Origin: Candidatus Adlerbacteria bacterium
GTDB taxonomy: Bacteria; Patescibacteriota; Minisyncoccia; Phycocordibacterales; SBAW01
Length of the DNA stretch: 64,000 nt
Assembly: GCA_963749085.1 (NCBI GenBank)
Contig: CAVVLG010000003.1
Coordinates: 80,235-144,234 of the forward strand
Direction of reading: 5' to 3'
Of this stretch, positions 1 to 11,581 are shown in pieces. The stretch's first letter is position 1. Every line of letters begins with the position of its first letter. The notes under the pieces are model-generated. The model had not been told where the DNA came from. It searched no databases and worked only from the letters and a program-made list of their open reading frames with translations. The position numbers were made by a program, and so were the translations under genes.

Positions 1-243
1 ATGTCTGCCTTAGAAAAGAGCAACGCGTTTGGCGTTTTCTCTATCTCTATCTCTCACCGCATCTTTACGTTCAAGATGTCTTGCTAGGTATGCATCCTTG
101 GCGGAAGCACTTACGCTCATCGCGTAACTTAATATAAATAGTACCATAGGGCTTCTGGAATGTGCAAGTGAATATAGGCGCGCCAGCACCCATATTGATT
201 GAGAAGCCCCCTAGTGGCATACTCAAGCGGTTCGGATATAGAT

Positions 244-966
244 ATGGAGATTGGAAAACAAAGGCAAACCTTTTTAAACCTTCTTGCGGCACTTCCCTCA
301 ACCGAAGAGGGGGAAGTTCGCATAAGCGACAAAGTTTTGGTTGAACATGGACTTGGCGACCGAACCTTTTTTGAAGCTGTGTGCCCTGGATTGCTGAAGC
401 AGGGCGTACTGAAGAAATTTAACGACCCTGATGCTCCCATATCGGATTTTACTGCCTTTTGTACCGAAGATTCTACCTACAGGCACTTGATGTTGGCACG
501 CTACCCCTCCCTGCGGGGGAATAATTCTTGGGCGAATGACTATCCGCCTTATGCGGAAGAGTTTGATGCCAAGATGGAGAAACGGAGACGAAAATTACGC
601 GCGCGTTATAAGCACGTCTTCGTGAAGGACATGACGAAGGTTAAGGTTAAGGTTTGTTTCGATAGAACCAAGGGCATCTACAGGGAGGATGGGGTGGGCA
701 AGCGATATCCGATAACGGGTATGCGGTGGAAGTTTGTGTTCACGCTACTTGGCACTGACGTTCTTTCTCTTAAGGACGCGTTTCCTGCCTATTGGGGCGA
801 TGGGTCTCAAGTGTCCCACAACATTGCGGATATAAATAAAATATGCAGGGAGAAGCTGCTCCTCCAGCACGACCTCATCATCAATGAGCCGACGGCGGGC
901 GGCTATCTTCTCAACCGTGAAATGTTTGACATAGAGGAAGTAAAGGCATTCGAAGTTGCAAAATAA
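244..966 (+). CDS. Hypothetical protein, possible C-terminal winged helix
   Basis: Long ORF (ATG at 244 chosen); C-terminal pattern NIADINK...LIINEPTAGGYLLN. Confidence 0.6.
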   Translation: MEIGKQRQTFLNLLAALPSTEEGEVRISDKVLVEHGLGDRTFFEAVCPGLLKQGVLKKFNDPDAPISDFTAFCTEDSTYRHLMLARYPSLRGNNSWANDYPPYAEEFDAKMEKRRRKLRARYKHVFVKDMTKVKVKVCFDRTKGIYREDGVGKRYPITGMRWKFVFTLLGTDVLSLKDAFPAYWGDGSQVSHNIADINKICREKLLLQHDLIINEPTAGGYLLNREMFDIEEVKAFEVAK

Positions 967-1028
967 GGCTTTTTGAGTAGCAACCAAACAGCAATTGAGT
1001 GTATTTACCTATCGGGTACGGTGGGAGA

Positions 1029-1280
1029 ATGGGAGATAGAGATGGATATAGAACGACCTCATTGCCTCTGGCCGTTTTTTTATACCTCAAAGGCCAGCAC
1101 CTCACGGGCATTGTCCCCCTAAATTTTTCAAAAAAGGAATTTGAATTCACGCACTCGCCCGACATAGAGGCACTCGTCAACACCTATCGCTTCGGCGCCG
1201 CAGACGACGCGGCGCTCCAGGTGTCTGCGCGCGAATACGAGCGAGCCCGAAACACCCTCCTTGATCTGCTCAACGAATGA
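1029..1280 (+). CDS. Small DUF5659-like protein
   Basis: YRTTSLPLAVFL...FEF motif resembles small CPR mobile-element proteins (from memory). Confidence 0.55.
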   Translation: MGDRDGYRTTSLPLAVFLYLKGQHLTGIVPLNFSKKEFEFTHSPDIEALVNTYRFGAADDAALQVSAREYERARNTLLDLLNE

Positions 1281-1350
1281 TATGGGGAAGCATGCAAACA
1301 GGCCCCCATAAGAACCCAAAAGGGCCATTATTGTGCAACCAAAAAACAAA

Positions 1351-1527
1351 ATGAAAACCAAAAAACAAATTCTAAAGAAATTGGCGGCAGCAGAAAGTTG
1401 GTTGGAGATACTTGTTGAAGAAATGGATGGTAGTACAGATGAGGTTGCAAAAGCAAAGAGTGAAATAGAAATAAAAGTATTGAAATGGGTTTTAACAGAC
1501 CATGACCTGGATACCGATTATATATAG
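1351..1527 (+). CDS. Small hypothetical protein
   Basis: Co-oriented ORF, helical and charged, fills the gap. Confidence 0.5.
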   Translation: MKTKKQILKKLAAAESWLEILVEEMDGSTDEVAKAKSEIEIKVLKWVLTDHDLDTDYI

Positions 1528-1584
1528 ACATAAGTACCAACAGGGTAAGGAACTTCCCAAAGTGATGGGGGTCCAAAAGGACTG

Positions 1585-1989
1585 GTGGAACTCACTATGA
1601 CCCCTACCCCTCCCAGAGGTGGTGGCGAGACGCCTGATAATATCCCCCCTAATTATCCGAAAAGAGGCGCCGAGCGCCGTGCCCCTATATTCAGCAAAGA
1701 AACGCTTGAGTCTTTGCGGGGACTTGGTAATGTAGTACAGCCCCCAAACCACTCCAAGACGAAGGGTGGTGTACCGCTCTTTGACAAATCGTCGACCAGT
1801 TCCAACTCGGCAATCGAGTTGCTGACCATACCTGAAGTTGCGGGGATATTGAAAATTTCTGTATCCGGAGTGCGGCACCTCTACCAGGCGCGGCACCTTC
1901 CGTTCCACAAAGTCGGTGGCAGCATCCGTTTCTCCAAAAGCGACATCGAATCCTACCTGGGGAAACGACGGGTGGAAGCAATCGACTAA
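1585..1989 (+). CDS. Excisionase-family HTH DNA-binding protein (start uncertain)
   Basis: LLTIPEVAGILKISVSGVRHL...LPFHKVGGSIRFSKSDI, HTH_17-like, directly upstream of integrase. Confidence 0.85.
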   Translation: MELTMTPTPPRGGGETPDNIPPNYPKRGAERRAPIFSKETLESLRGLGNVVQPPNHSKTKGGVPLFDKSSTSSNSAIELLTIPEVAGILKISVSGVRHLYQARHLPFHKVGGSIRFSKSDIESYLGKRRVEAID

Positions 1990-2000
1990 TAGATTGAGAT

Positions 2001-3146
2001 ATGGCAGTACGAAAAATAAAAGAATCATGGTGGGTGGACATCAGGGCGGCCCACCTGCGATATAGAAAACGAAGCCCTGAAAACTCCAAGGCCGGAGCGG
2101 AGGCCTACGAAGCGAACTTACGGCAAAAGTTAGCGCGTGGCGAGTCAATCGACAAAGCGACGCACACGATGCCGCAAGAACAGTCCTTCGGGAGATTCTC
2201 GCAGAAATGGTTTACGGAGTATGTCCTGCCGAACAATAAGTTTTCGGTGCAGAGGACGAATAAATACATTCTGGACGCCGCCCTGGTGCCATTCTTCGGA
2301 AAGATACCGGTAAGCCAGATTACCGCCCACCATATTGAGCAATATAAGGCGCAAAAAGTTAAAGACGGTAAAATCACAGGCAAGACACTCAAGAATCACT
2401 TGACGGTATTGCACAAATGCCTGGCCACCGCGTATGAGTGGCTTGAGCTTGGAACGCAACCGCCAAAGATAAAGTGGCCCAAATGCGCTCCGACCCGAAC
2501 GGACTATCTCACCCCAGAAGAGTCAGAATTGCTGTTGTCCCATGCGGACGGCATGGTATACGAGGTAATACTCACCGCGCTCCGCACCGGCATGCGGCTG
2601 GGAGAGCTCAAAGGGCTCCAGTGGTCTTCCATCGACTGGCAAACCGGCAGCCTTATAGTCAGACATGCACGATGCGACTTCAGAAAAGTATTGGATACGC
2701 CAAAAAGTAACCGCGAACGGTACATCCCTCTCGATAGCGAGATCTATGAAATGCTTCTCAAGAGAAAGAAAAGCGAGGGGTACGTCTTCACAGACATAGA
2801 CAAACAGCCCTTCAATACCAAGCGCCTGAACCGCCGATTGGCTGCAATACGCAAGAAGGCCGGAATGCGAAAGGTCGGTTGGCATATGCTACGCCACACC
2901 TTCGCGTCACATCTGGCAATGAAGGGGGTGCCTCTCCCCACGGTGCAGGCACTTCTGGGGCATGCCAACATCACGACGACGATGAGATACGCGCACGTTG
3001 CCCCCTCTACCTTGCGCACGGCAATAGACATGCTGAACCCAAAAAGAAGGAAATATGAAAATTTTGGGCAACCCGTGGGCAACCAGTGGATTGCGGAGCA
3101 AGAGGAAGAAACCGCTCAAAAAAGTGCGGTCCCAGAAAACCTATGA
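2001..3146 (+). CDS. Tyrosine recombinase/integrase
   Basis: RTGMRLGEL, HMLRHTFASHL, LLGHANITTTMRY catalytic motifs. Confidence 0.95.
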   Translation: MAVRKIKESWWVDIRAAHLRYRKRSPENSKAGAEAYEANLRQKLARGESIDKATHTMPQEQSFGRFSQKWFTEYVLPNNKFSVQRTNKYILDAALVPFFGKIPVSQITAHHIEQYKAQKVKDGKITGKTLKNHLTVLHKCLATAYEWLELGTQPPKIKWPKCAPTRTDYLTPEESELLLSHADGMVYEVILTALRTGMRLGELKGLQWSSIDWQTGSLIVRHARCDFRKVLDTPKSNRERYIPLDSEIYEMLLKRKKSEGYVFTDIDKQPFNTKRLNRRLAAIRKKAGMRKVGWHMLRHTFASHLAMKGVPLPTVQALLGHANITTTMRYAHVAPSTLRTAIDMLNPKRRKYENFGQPVGNQWIAEQEEETAQKSAVPENL

Positions 3147-3198
3147 TTCTCAAACTAAAAACAGCAAGAGCAAATACTGTGTGCGTTAAAATTGCGTG

Positions 3199-3269
3199 TT
3201 GCGGGGCCGGGATTTGCACCCGGGTCCCAAGGTTATGAGCCTTGTGAGGTACTACTCCTCCACCCCGCG
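3199..3269 (-). tRNA. tRNA-Met(CAT), initiator-type
   Basis: CGCGGGG...CCCCGCA-A with C1:A72 mismatch; anticodon arm CAAGG-CTCATAA-CCTTG; T-arm CCGGG-TGCAAAT-CCCGG. Confidence 0.9.
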
Positions 3270-3306
3270 ATATGCGGGAAGACTCTCCCGCGATGGAGGA
3301 ACTCTA

Positions 3307-3885
3307 TCACAGATAATCAAATTCTTCAAACACTCGGCGGTATTTATCGATAGTGGCCTTGGTGTCACGCTCGGTGAGATGAAATTGCTCCCCGCCGTGC
3401 GCGATGTCGTTTCTCACCTTATGCGCGGTCCAGGCCAGATCAAGCGTCGTAAATTGGATGGGACTTGCGCCCTTTAACTTATCCCCGATAGTGGCCCCTG
3501 CGTAGCCGCGCGACTCCAATAAATTACCGAGCATGATATCGGCTTCGATAATGGCACGGCGCCAATCGCCCTCAACGGCACTTCCCGCAAGCAGGAGTAC
3601 GTGCTCCCATTGTGGGTTTTTGGGAGCGTGCACATCCTTGTGTGCTAGCGCTTCCTCCTCCCGACGCTTGTGCCATCCCGCATGCTCGACCGTATGGAGT
3701 TGCATCTTCGCATAGATAAAGCCAATCAAAAACAGGAACGACAATCCAAGCCCCACCCACGCGATGTCCGTTATCAACTGCAACGTCTGAGTCGGAATCT
3801 GGGAGATATTGATATTGGTTCCGGTGAATATCCGGTAGACCAGCAGCACAAAATATTCGAGATTCAAAAAGTGCACCGCGTCCAT
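3307..3885 (-). CDS. Conserved hypothetical membrane protein
   Basis: TM helix followed by WRRAIIEAD...AHKVRNDIAH motif. Confidence 0.8.
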   Translation of the reverse strand: MDAVHFLNLEYFVLLVYRIFTGTNINISQIPTQTLQLITDIAWVGLGLSFLFLIGFIYAKMQLHTVEHAGWHKRREEEALAHKDVHAPKNPQWEHVLLLAGSAVEGDWRRAIIEADIMLGNLLESRGYAGATIGDKLKGASPIQFTTLDLAWTAHKVRNDIAHGGEQFHLTERDTKATIDKYRRVFEEFDYL

Positions 3886-3918
3886 CGCCTAATTATAAGC
3901 TACGTTTCACCTATGCCT

Positions 3919-5331
3919 TCAGCGAGTTTCAATCTCTTTCCCTATGCGAAAGAGCGCGGCCTCATCGCCGTGCGCGGCGGTGCATTGCAAGCCGACAGGG
4001 AGCTTCTTTCCCTCTCGCGCAACAGTGCCCATGGGAATTGAAATGGCCGGATTGCCCGTCAAATTCGCGGTGACGGTAAACACATCCAACAAATACATCG
4101 AAAGCGGGTCGGATTTCTCCCCAAGTTTTGTCGCAGGAGTAGGCGCGGTCGGCGTTGCAATGGCGTCAACTCTCTGAAGCGCCACATTGACTTCGGCCGC
4201 AAGCGCCGAGCGAGCGGCGGTTGCTTTGCCATAGTACGCATCGTAATAGCCGGCCGAGAGCACGTAGGTGCCGAGCATAATACGGCGACGCACTTCCGGT
4301 CCAAATCCTTCGCCGCGGGTTTTGGCATAATCTTCCAATAATGAATCCCCTTTCAGCGAGAGCCCGTAACGCACGCCATCAAAGCGGGCGAGGTTGGTTG
4401 AACTTTCGGCCGGCATGATGATGTAGTAGATTGCGAGCGCAAGCATTGAGGATGGCAGCATGATATCAACAATGTCGTAGCCTTTTTGTTTGAGCAGTGC
4501 AAGCGATTCTTCAAACTTTTGCAGTACATCGCTGTCCACTCCTTGCTGAAGCAAATGTCTCGGGACGCCTATCTTTTTCTTTACGCTGCCCTTCGGGTAC
4601 AGTCCTTCATCGATCGAGGTGCTGTCGAGCATGTCGTGACTTCGCATCGCAGAAAAAAGTAGTTCTGCGTCCGCGACGGTTTTAGTGAGCGGCCCCGCCT
4701 GATCAAGGCTTGAGCCCATGGCGATAAGGCCTGAACGCGACACCATGCCATAAGTAGGCTTCAGTCCAACGATGCCGCAGAAGCTTGCGGGTTCTCGGAT
4801 GGAGCCTCCGGTATCGGTGCCTAACGCTCCCAGCGATAGGTTCGCGGCGACCGCGGCCGCTGACCCGCCGGAGGAGCCTCCCGGCACGCGAGATTCATCA
4901 AGCGGATGCTTAGTCGGGCCGAATGCGGAGTGTTCCGTAGAGCCGCCCATGGCAAACTCATCCATGTTGGTGCGGCCGAGAAACACGGCTCCCGCTTTTT
5001 TTAAGTTCCCTATCACCGCCGCGTCATAGGTCGCGGTGTAACCCTTCAATATTTTCGAGGCCGCGGAGGCTTTTTTGCCTTCAATTAAAATATTGTCCTT
5101 GATAGCCAGAGGAATACCAAGCAATGGATGTTTCTCACCCTTAGAGCGCCTCTCATCGGCTTTTTTTGCCTGTACTTCTGCGTCATCAAACACTTCCACA
5201 TACGCATTGAGTGACGAATTTCGTCTTTTGATTTCGTCGGTGCACGCGCGCACCAGGTCGACTGAGGAAATGTCTTTCGCCTGCAATTTTTTCACCGCTT
5301 GAGCTATTGAGAGCCGGTTTAATTCACTCAT
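3919..5331 (-). CDS. gatA: Glu/Asp-tRNA amidotransferase subunit A
   Basis: Amidase signature GGSSGGSAAAV, GTDTGGSIREP, RRIMLGTYVLS. Confidence 0.97.
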   Translation of the reverse strand: MSELNRLSIAQAVKKLQAKDISSVDLVRACTDEIKRRNSSLNAYVEVFDDAEVQAKKADERRSKGEKHPLLGIPLAIKDNILIEGKKASAASKILKGYTATYDAAVIGNLKKAGAVFLGRTNMDEFAMGGSTEHSAFGPTKHPLDESRVPGGSSGGSAAAVAANLSLGALGTDTGGSIREPASFCGIVGLKPTYGMVSRSGLIAMGSSLDQAGPLTKTVADAELLFSAMRSHDMLDSTSIDEGLYPKGSVKKKIGVPRHLLQQGVDSDVLQKFEESLALLKQKGYDIVDIMLPSSMLALAIYYIIMPAESSTNLARFDGVRYGLSLKGDSLLEDYAKTRGEGFGPEVRRRIMLGTYVLSAGYYDAYYGKATAARSALAAEVNVALQRVDAIATPTAPTPATKLGEKSDPLSMYLLDVFTVTANLTGNPAISIPMGTVAREGKKLPVGLQCTAAHGDEAALFRIGKEIETR

Positions 5332-5626
5332 CTTTTTGTATTATTTTCCGTACCACGTTGAAACCATGCTCCCGTGTGGGGAATGCGCTGCGCAGGGCTT
5401 CTTCCTTGTCCCACAAGGGGTCCCCTGCCGCACGCGGTACATCTTCGCGCATGATATTGCGCAACACGGGCTTCATATTCGTCCTTTCCTTAACCTCAAA
5501 GGCACTTACGTGGCCGACGTAGTTAAGAATGTCCGACATGTCTTTCTGTAAACGCGTCACTTCCCCCTCGTTCAATTGAAGCCGCGCTAACTCAGCCAAT
5601 GCGAGAACCTCTTCTTTCGAAATCAT
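5324..5626 (-). CDS. gatC: Amidotransferase subunit C
   Basis: ISKEEVLALAELARL...NIMRED; adjacent to gatA. Confidence 0.92.
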   Translation of the reverse strand: MISKEEVLALAELARLQLNEGEVTRLQKDMSDILNYVGHVSAFEVKERTNMKPVLRNIMREDVPRAAGDPLWDKEEALRSAFPTREHGFNVVRKIIQKDE

Positions 5627-5640
5627 GCAACCATAGTACC

Positions 5641-8201
<2,561 letters not shown>

Positions 8202-8203
8202 AC

Positions 8204-8860
8204 CTATGGTTGCCAATTAAGTAATTCCTCTCGCAACGTTACCGTACGTGGTGTCCCGCCACACACACTCGCCTGGTCACACCACGAGACGGTAACGGTA
8301 ACGCTGGCCTCGCATCCGTGCCCAGTCGTACAGTTATTAGAGCCGACTGGGGTCTCAATGCTTATAGTGCGGGTAAAGACACTCGGCGTAATAGTCGTTC
8401 CGTTTGCTGCTGCATAGGTAAAATGGCTGAAATAATTGACGCCGCTGAGAGTGGCCCAGCTGTAGTTTATAACCGGACAGCTCGCGCCAGTGGTACATGA
8501 GCTAACGGTGTTTGCGTAGGAATCTATCGTACAAGATTGTGTCCCAGTGGTGTTCGCGCAATTACCGACGGCCGTAAGAAAATTAGTGGGGGTGGGAGTA
8601 GTGCCGTCCAGTCCTGCGAGCCAGTCAGTATTGTCCTTATTGTCCTCAAGCGTATTGGTGTCGCGCACCCACCGCACGTATTCCATCCCGTCTTGCGCCA
8701 GATAAAATGCGGTGTCTTGGTCTTTGGCCGTGAGTGTGGCTTCCAAGCTCTTTGAAGCAATGGTGAGCGGCCCCGCAATGGCAAGCGAGAGCAGCAAGAC
8801 CGCCATCAAGGTTTCGATGAGCGTGAACCCGCCTTGTATTTTTTCAATTGCGTTATTCAT
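8204..8860 (-). CDS. PilV-like minor pilin
   Basis: GGFTLIETL N-methylation motif; AFYLAQDGMEYVR. Confidence 0.85.
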   Translation of the reverse strand: MNNAIEKIQGGFTLIETLMAVLLLSLAIAGPLTIASKSLEATLTAKDQDTAFYLAQDGMEYVRWVRDTNTLEDNKDNTDWLAGLDGTTPTPTNFLTAVGNCANTTGTQSCTIDSYANTVSSCTTGASCPVINYSWATLSGVNYFSHFTYAAANGTTITPSVFTRTISIETPVGSNNCTTGHGCEASVTVTVSWCDQASVCGGTPRTVTLREELLNWQP

Positions 8861-9437
8861 AAAATCGCTGGGTGACGCTGGTCTGCATATAAAACGATGA
8901 TTGTTGCGTTGCACTGACCGTCGCATAGCCGGAAATGGTAATGACCACCCTTGACTGCACGCTGCCCGGAGTACCTATGACATAAAAAACGTATGAGCCA
9001 CTTCCTGAGAGATTATTGATGATGACATCGGGAGAGGTAAGCGGCGACCAAGTTAGAATGTTGTTCTGCACAGTGCCAACCTCGATACACCCGATGTTGG
9101 GGGCAGTTTGGCCGCACGCGCTCGAGGAACTATCAAGTTGGTAGTAGGTGGTCATACCGGCGGAAGACGTAAACACTATTTCGTTTGCGCCAGTAGGGCA
9201 CGTAGAACCAGGTGTAGTACCACACCCCCATCCGGTGCCAGTTCGAAGTGCGCGTGACATGTCGTCGATGGCAAAGTTAAGATTATCAGTGACCGATTTC
9301 AACGTTTCGACTTTGGCATCGGAAGCTGATATGGCCAATAGTGCGCCGAGCGCTATCGTCATGACTACCGTGAATATCGCGACCGAAACGAGAATTTCGA
9401 TGAGCGTGAAACCGCGTGTCTTAGAAGACAGAATCAT
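8853..9437 (-). CDS. PilW-like minor pilin
   Basis: RGFTLIEILVSVAIF motif. Confidence 0.85.
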   Translation of the reverse strand: MILSSKTRGFTLIEILVSVAIFTVVMTIALGALLAISASDAKVETLKSVTDNLNFAIDDMSRALRTGTGWGCGTTPGSTCPTGANEIVFTSSAGMTTYYQLDSSSSACGQTAPNIGCIEVGTVQNNILTWSPLTSPDVIINNLSGSGSYVFYVIGTPGSVQSRVVITISGYATVSATQQSSFYMQTSVTQRFYE

Positions 9438-9438
9438 G

Positions 9439-10122
9439 TTAGCATCCGGCTATCGCACAGACCGATATTTCGCCCGTTAATGAAACGCTGACGCTGCGGG
9501 TGTTGGCTGGATCACCAGCGGCTTGGAGTTGAATATAAGCACTCGAGTATGTTTCACCACTGGGAGGAGTGGCGCAGGCGGAAGGGCTAACCGGGGTAGT
9601 TGAAAAACACGCGTTCGGGTTGGGACGCTTGAATACTATCGAAAGACTAGAGAGGGTGCTGCCGCCAGAATTGTTCGCGTACCAACAGCGTTGTCTCGGT
9701 GAGGATCCAGCAGTAGTCGCGCAGAATTCACTGATGATGTAGCCGCTGCTCAGCGTGAACACTTGCGTTGCTTCTCCTGGAACGTATTGGCCGCTGTTTT
9801 GGAGGTCGGCAAAAAGGATGTACTGAGTATCGGTCGAATTAAAAAAAACGCCATAAGCTGGTGCGTAATTAACCACGCCGTTTTGGGTGCTGGTGCCCAA
9901 GACGCTGACTCCGTATACCTGTGCTTGACGGATAGAGAGTGCCACACTGTACGCGAGGCTGCGCAATACAGTGGAGCTGTCAAATTTCTGCTGTTGGATA
10001 AGAATCACGCTTGAGACGACGACCATAATAACTACAACCACCAAGAGTTCGATGAGTGTGAAGCCTCTGTGCCCACTGGTATGCCTAGAAGAGAACCGAG
10101 ATTTGTTGAAAGAAGTCCACAT
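9439..10122 (-). CDS. FimT/GspH-like minor pilin
   Basis: RGFTLIELLVV motif; SIRQAQ. Confidence 0.85.
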   Translation of the reverse strand: MWTSFNKSRFSSRHTSGHRGFTLIELLVVVVIMVVVSSVILIQQQKFDSSTVLRSLAYSVALSIRQAQVYGVSVLGTSTQNGVVNYAPAYGVFFNSTDTQYILFADLQNSGQYVPGEATQVFTLSSGYIISEFCATTAGSSPRQRCWYANNSGGSTLSSLSIVFKRPNPNACFSTTPVSPSACATPPSGETYSSAYIQLQAAGDPANTRSVSVSLTGEISVCAIAGC

Positions 10123-10903
10123 GAAAAAAATATGCGAGCGCTGCGCCGAGCACCAAGAACGGCGCGAACGGTATCTCACTCCTCATTGTAAGATGGGAGC
10201 GCCCCGATTGCCATGAAAGCCGCTGGTATAACAGCATGGCAAGACCCACGAAGGCTCCACTCCAAAAAGCCAGCGTGAGCGCGGTAAGACCAGCGTACAG
10301 CCCGAGCAACCACCCTATACTGAGTTCAAGTGCGCCATCGCCCCATCCCATCCACCTGCCCCAGGATATGAGGGAGAGGCAAACAAGCGGGGACGCAAGC
10401 AGGGGACCACTCAACAGTACCGAAACGCTTGGCATCATAAACTGAACTCCTGCGCCAAAAGAGAAAAAAAGAGAAATTAACGCCAATAGGGCCAAAAAAC
10501 CCGAACACGACCAAGGAATAATGTTGTGCTTGATATCATAGACGACAACGAAAAGAAGGACCATCCATACCAACAGCCAGAAGGCGTAGGCGAGTGGTTG
10601 TACGTTTGTGCCGAAGACCGGATAGGAAAAGTAGACGAGCAGCGAGAGCAGAGCAGCGATACATTCGACCAGCGGATACTGCCAGGAAACTTTCGAGCCA
10701 CACTGTCGGCACCTGCCGCGTAAAAAGATAAATGAGAAAATGGGAACCAGATCGCGTGCGCTGAGCGTTTTATCACAACTCATACACCGCGAACGGCCGC
10801 GGACGATTGACTTACCAGTATTAAAGCGAAATGACAGCGCGTTGATGAAACTCCCGAGAATGGCGCCGAACACAGCGGCGGCGACAAAAAAGAAAATCTG
10901 CAT
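10085..10903 (-). CDS. pilD: Prepilin peptidase
   Basis: GSFINA, RSRCxxC...RGRCxxC, MGWGD, IPFAPFL. Confidence 0.93.
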   Translation of the reverse strand: MQIFFFVAAAVFGAILGSFINALSFRFNTGKSIVRGRSRCMSCDKTLSARDLVPIFSFIFLRGRCRQCGSKVSWQYPLVECIAALLSLLVYFSYPVFGTNVQPLAYAFWLLVWMVLLFVVVYDIKHNIIPWSCSGFLALLALISLFFSFGAGVQFMMPSVSVLLSGPLLASPLVCLSLISWGRWMGWGDGALELSIGWLLGLYAGLTALTLAFWSGAFVGLAMLLYQRLSWQSGRSHLTMRSEIPFAPFLVLGAALAYFFHVDFFQQISVLF

Positions 10904-11502
10904 CAATTCGTGACATCGTAGCACGGACCCAGATTTGTACACGCATTCGTACCACCATTATTCGGTACTGTTGCTCCTTGCGAGCTGACAGCACATAATC
11001 CATTGGTTGTACATCCACCCGTGAACCCACTTGAATAAACATTTCCCGTACAAATCCTGGCGGTAGTACCGCCAACTATAGGTGTTGCCGCTCCATTGGC
11101 TTCTGCTGTAGATGCAGGGTTATTTGAATTCTCAAGCACCGCTCCTAAGTGAAATCCCACCACTATCGACGGGTTGCTGCCACAAGTAACACCATTGAGA
11201 GACCAGCCATAATAGGCATAATCGATTGGACTATTAGTCGTACTGAGAGGATCAAGAGGCATGGACGGAATATAGGTGGGGACCAAATCCGTAACTAAGT
11301 CAGAATAGGTATCTGGGTAATGACCGTTGTCGTTATAATACTCCTCAAGCGCCAGCTGTATGGTGCGGATGTCGGAGATGCGCTTAGCGTCGCGTCCTTT
11401 AGACTCTGCACTGCTGAGCGAGACCAATACTATGGAGGCCAAAATGCCGATGATGGCGATAACGGTCAGAAGTTCGATGAGGGTGAAACCGCCCTTTTTC
11501 AT
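10903..11502 (-). CDS. Type IV pilin (GspG-like)
   Basis: GGFTLIELLTVIAIIGILASIVLVSL...RDAKRISDI..ALEEYY. Confidence 0.9.
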   Translation of the reverse strand: MKKGGFTLIELLTVIAIIGILASIVLVSLSSAESKGRDAKRISDIRTIQLALEEYYNDNGHYPDTYSDLVTDLVPTYIPSMPLDPLSTTNSPIDYAYYGWSLNGVTCGSNPSIVVGFHLGAVLENSNNPASTAEANGAATPIVGGTTARICTGNVYSSGFTGGCTTNGLCAVSSQGATVPNNGGTNACTNLGPCYDVTN

Positions 11503-11581
11503 ATTTGTATTATATATCAATTTTCAGTACGTCATGAATAATCCCTCTTCAGAACTTCCTGAGTCACTGTTGGGGGAGTAG

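Larger units (their letters stand above)
1..3198. mobile_element. Right part of a tyrosine-integrase element abutting the 3' end of tRNA-fMet (left end outside window)
   Basis: Excisionase-like HTH plus tyrosine integrase ending about 50 bp from the tRNA 3' end; small hypothetical genes upstream. Confidence 0.75.

Noticed and set aside
3196-3477. 93 aa ORF MLRGRDLHPG
   Set aside because: Antisense to tRNA-Met and the adjacent gene
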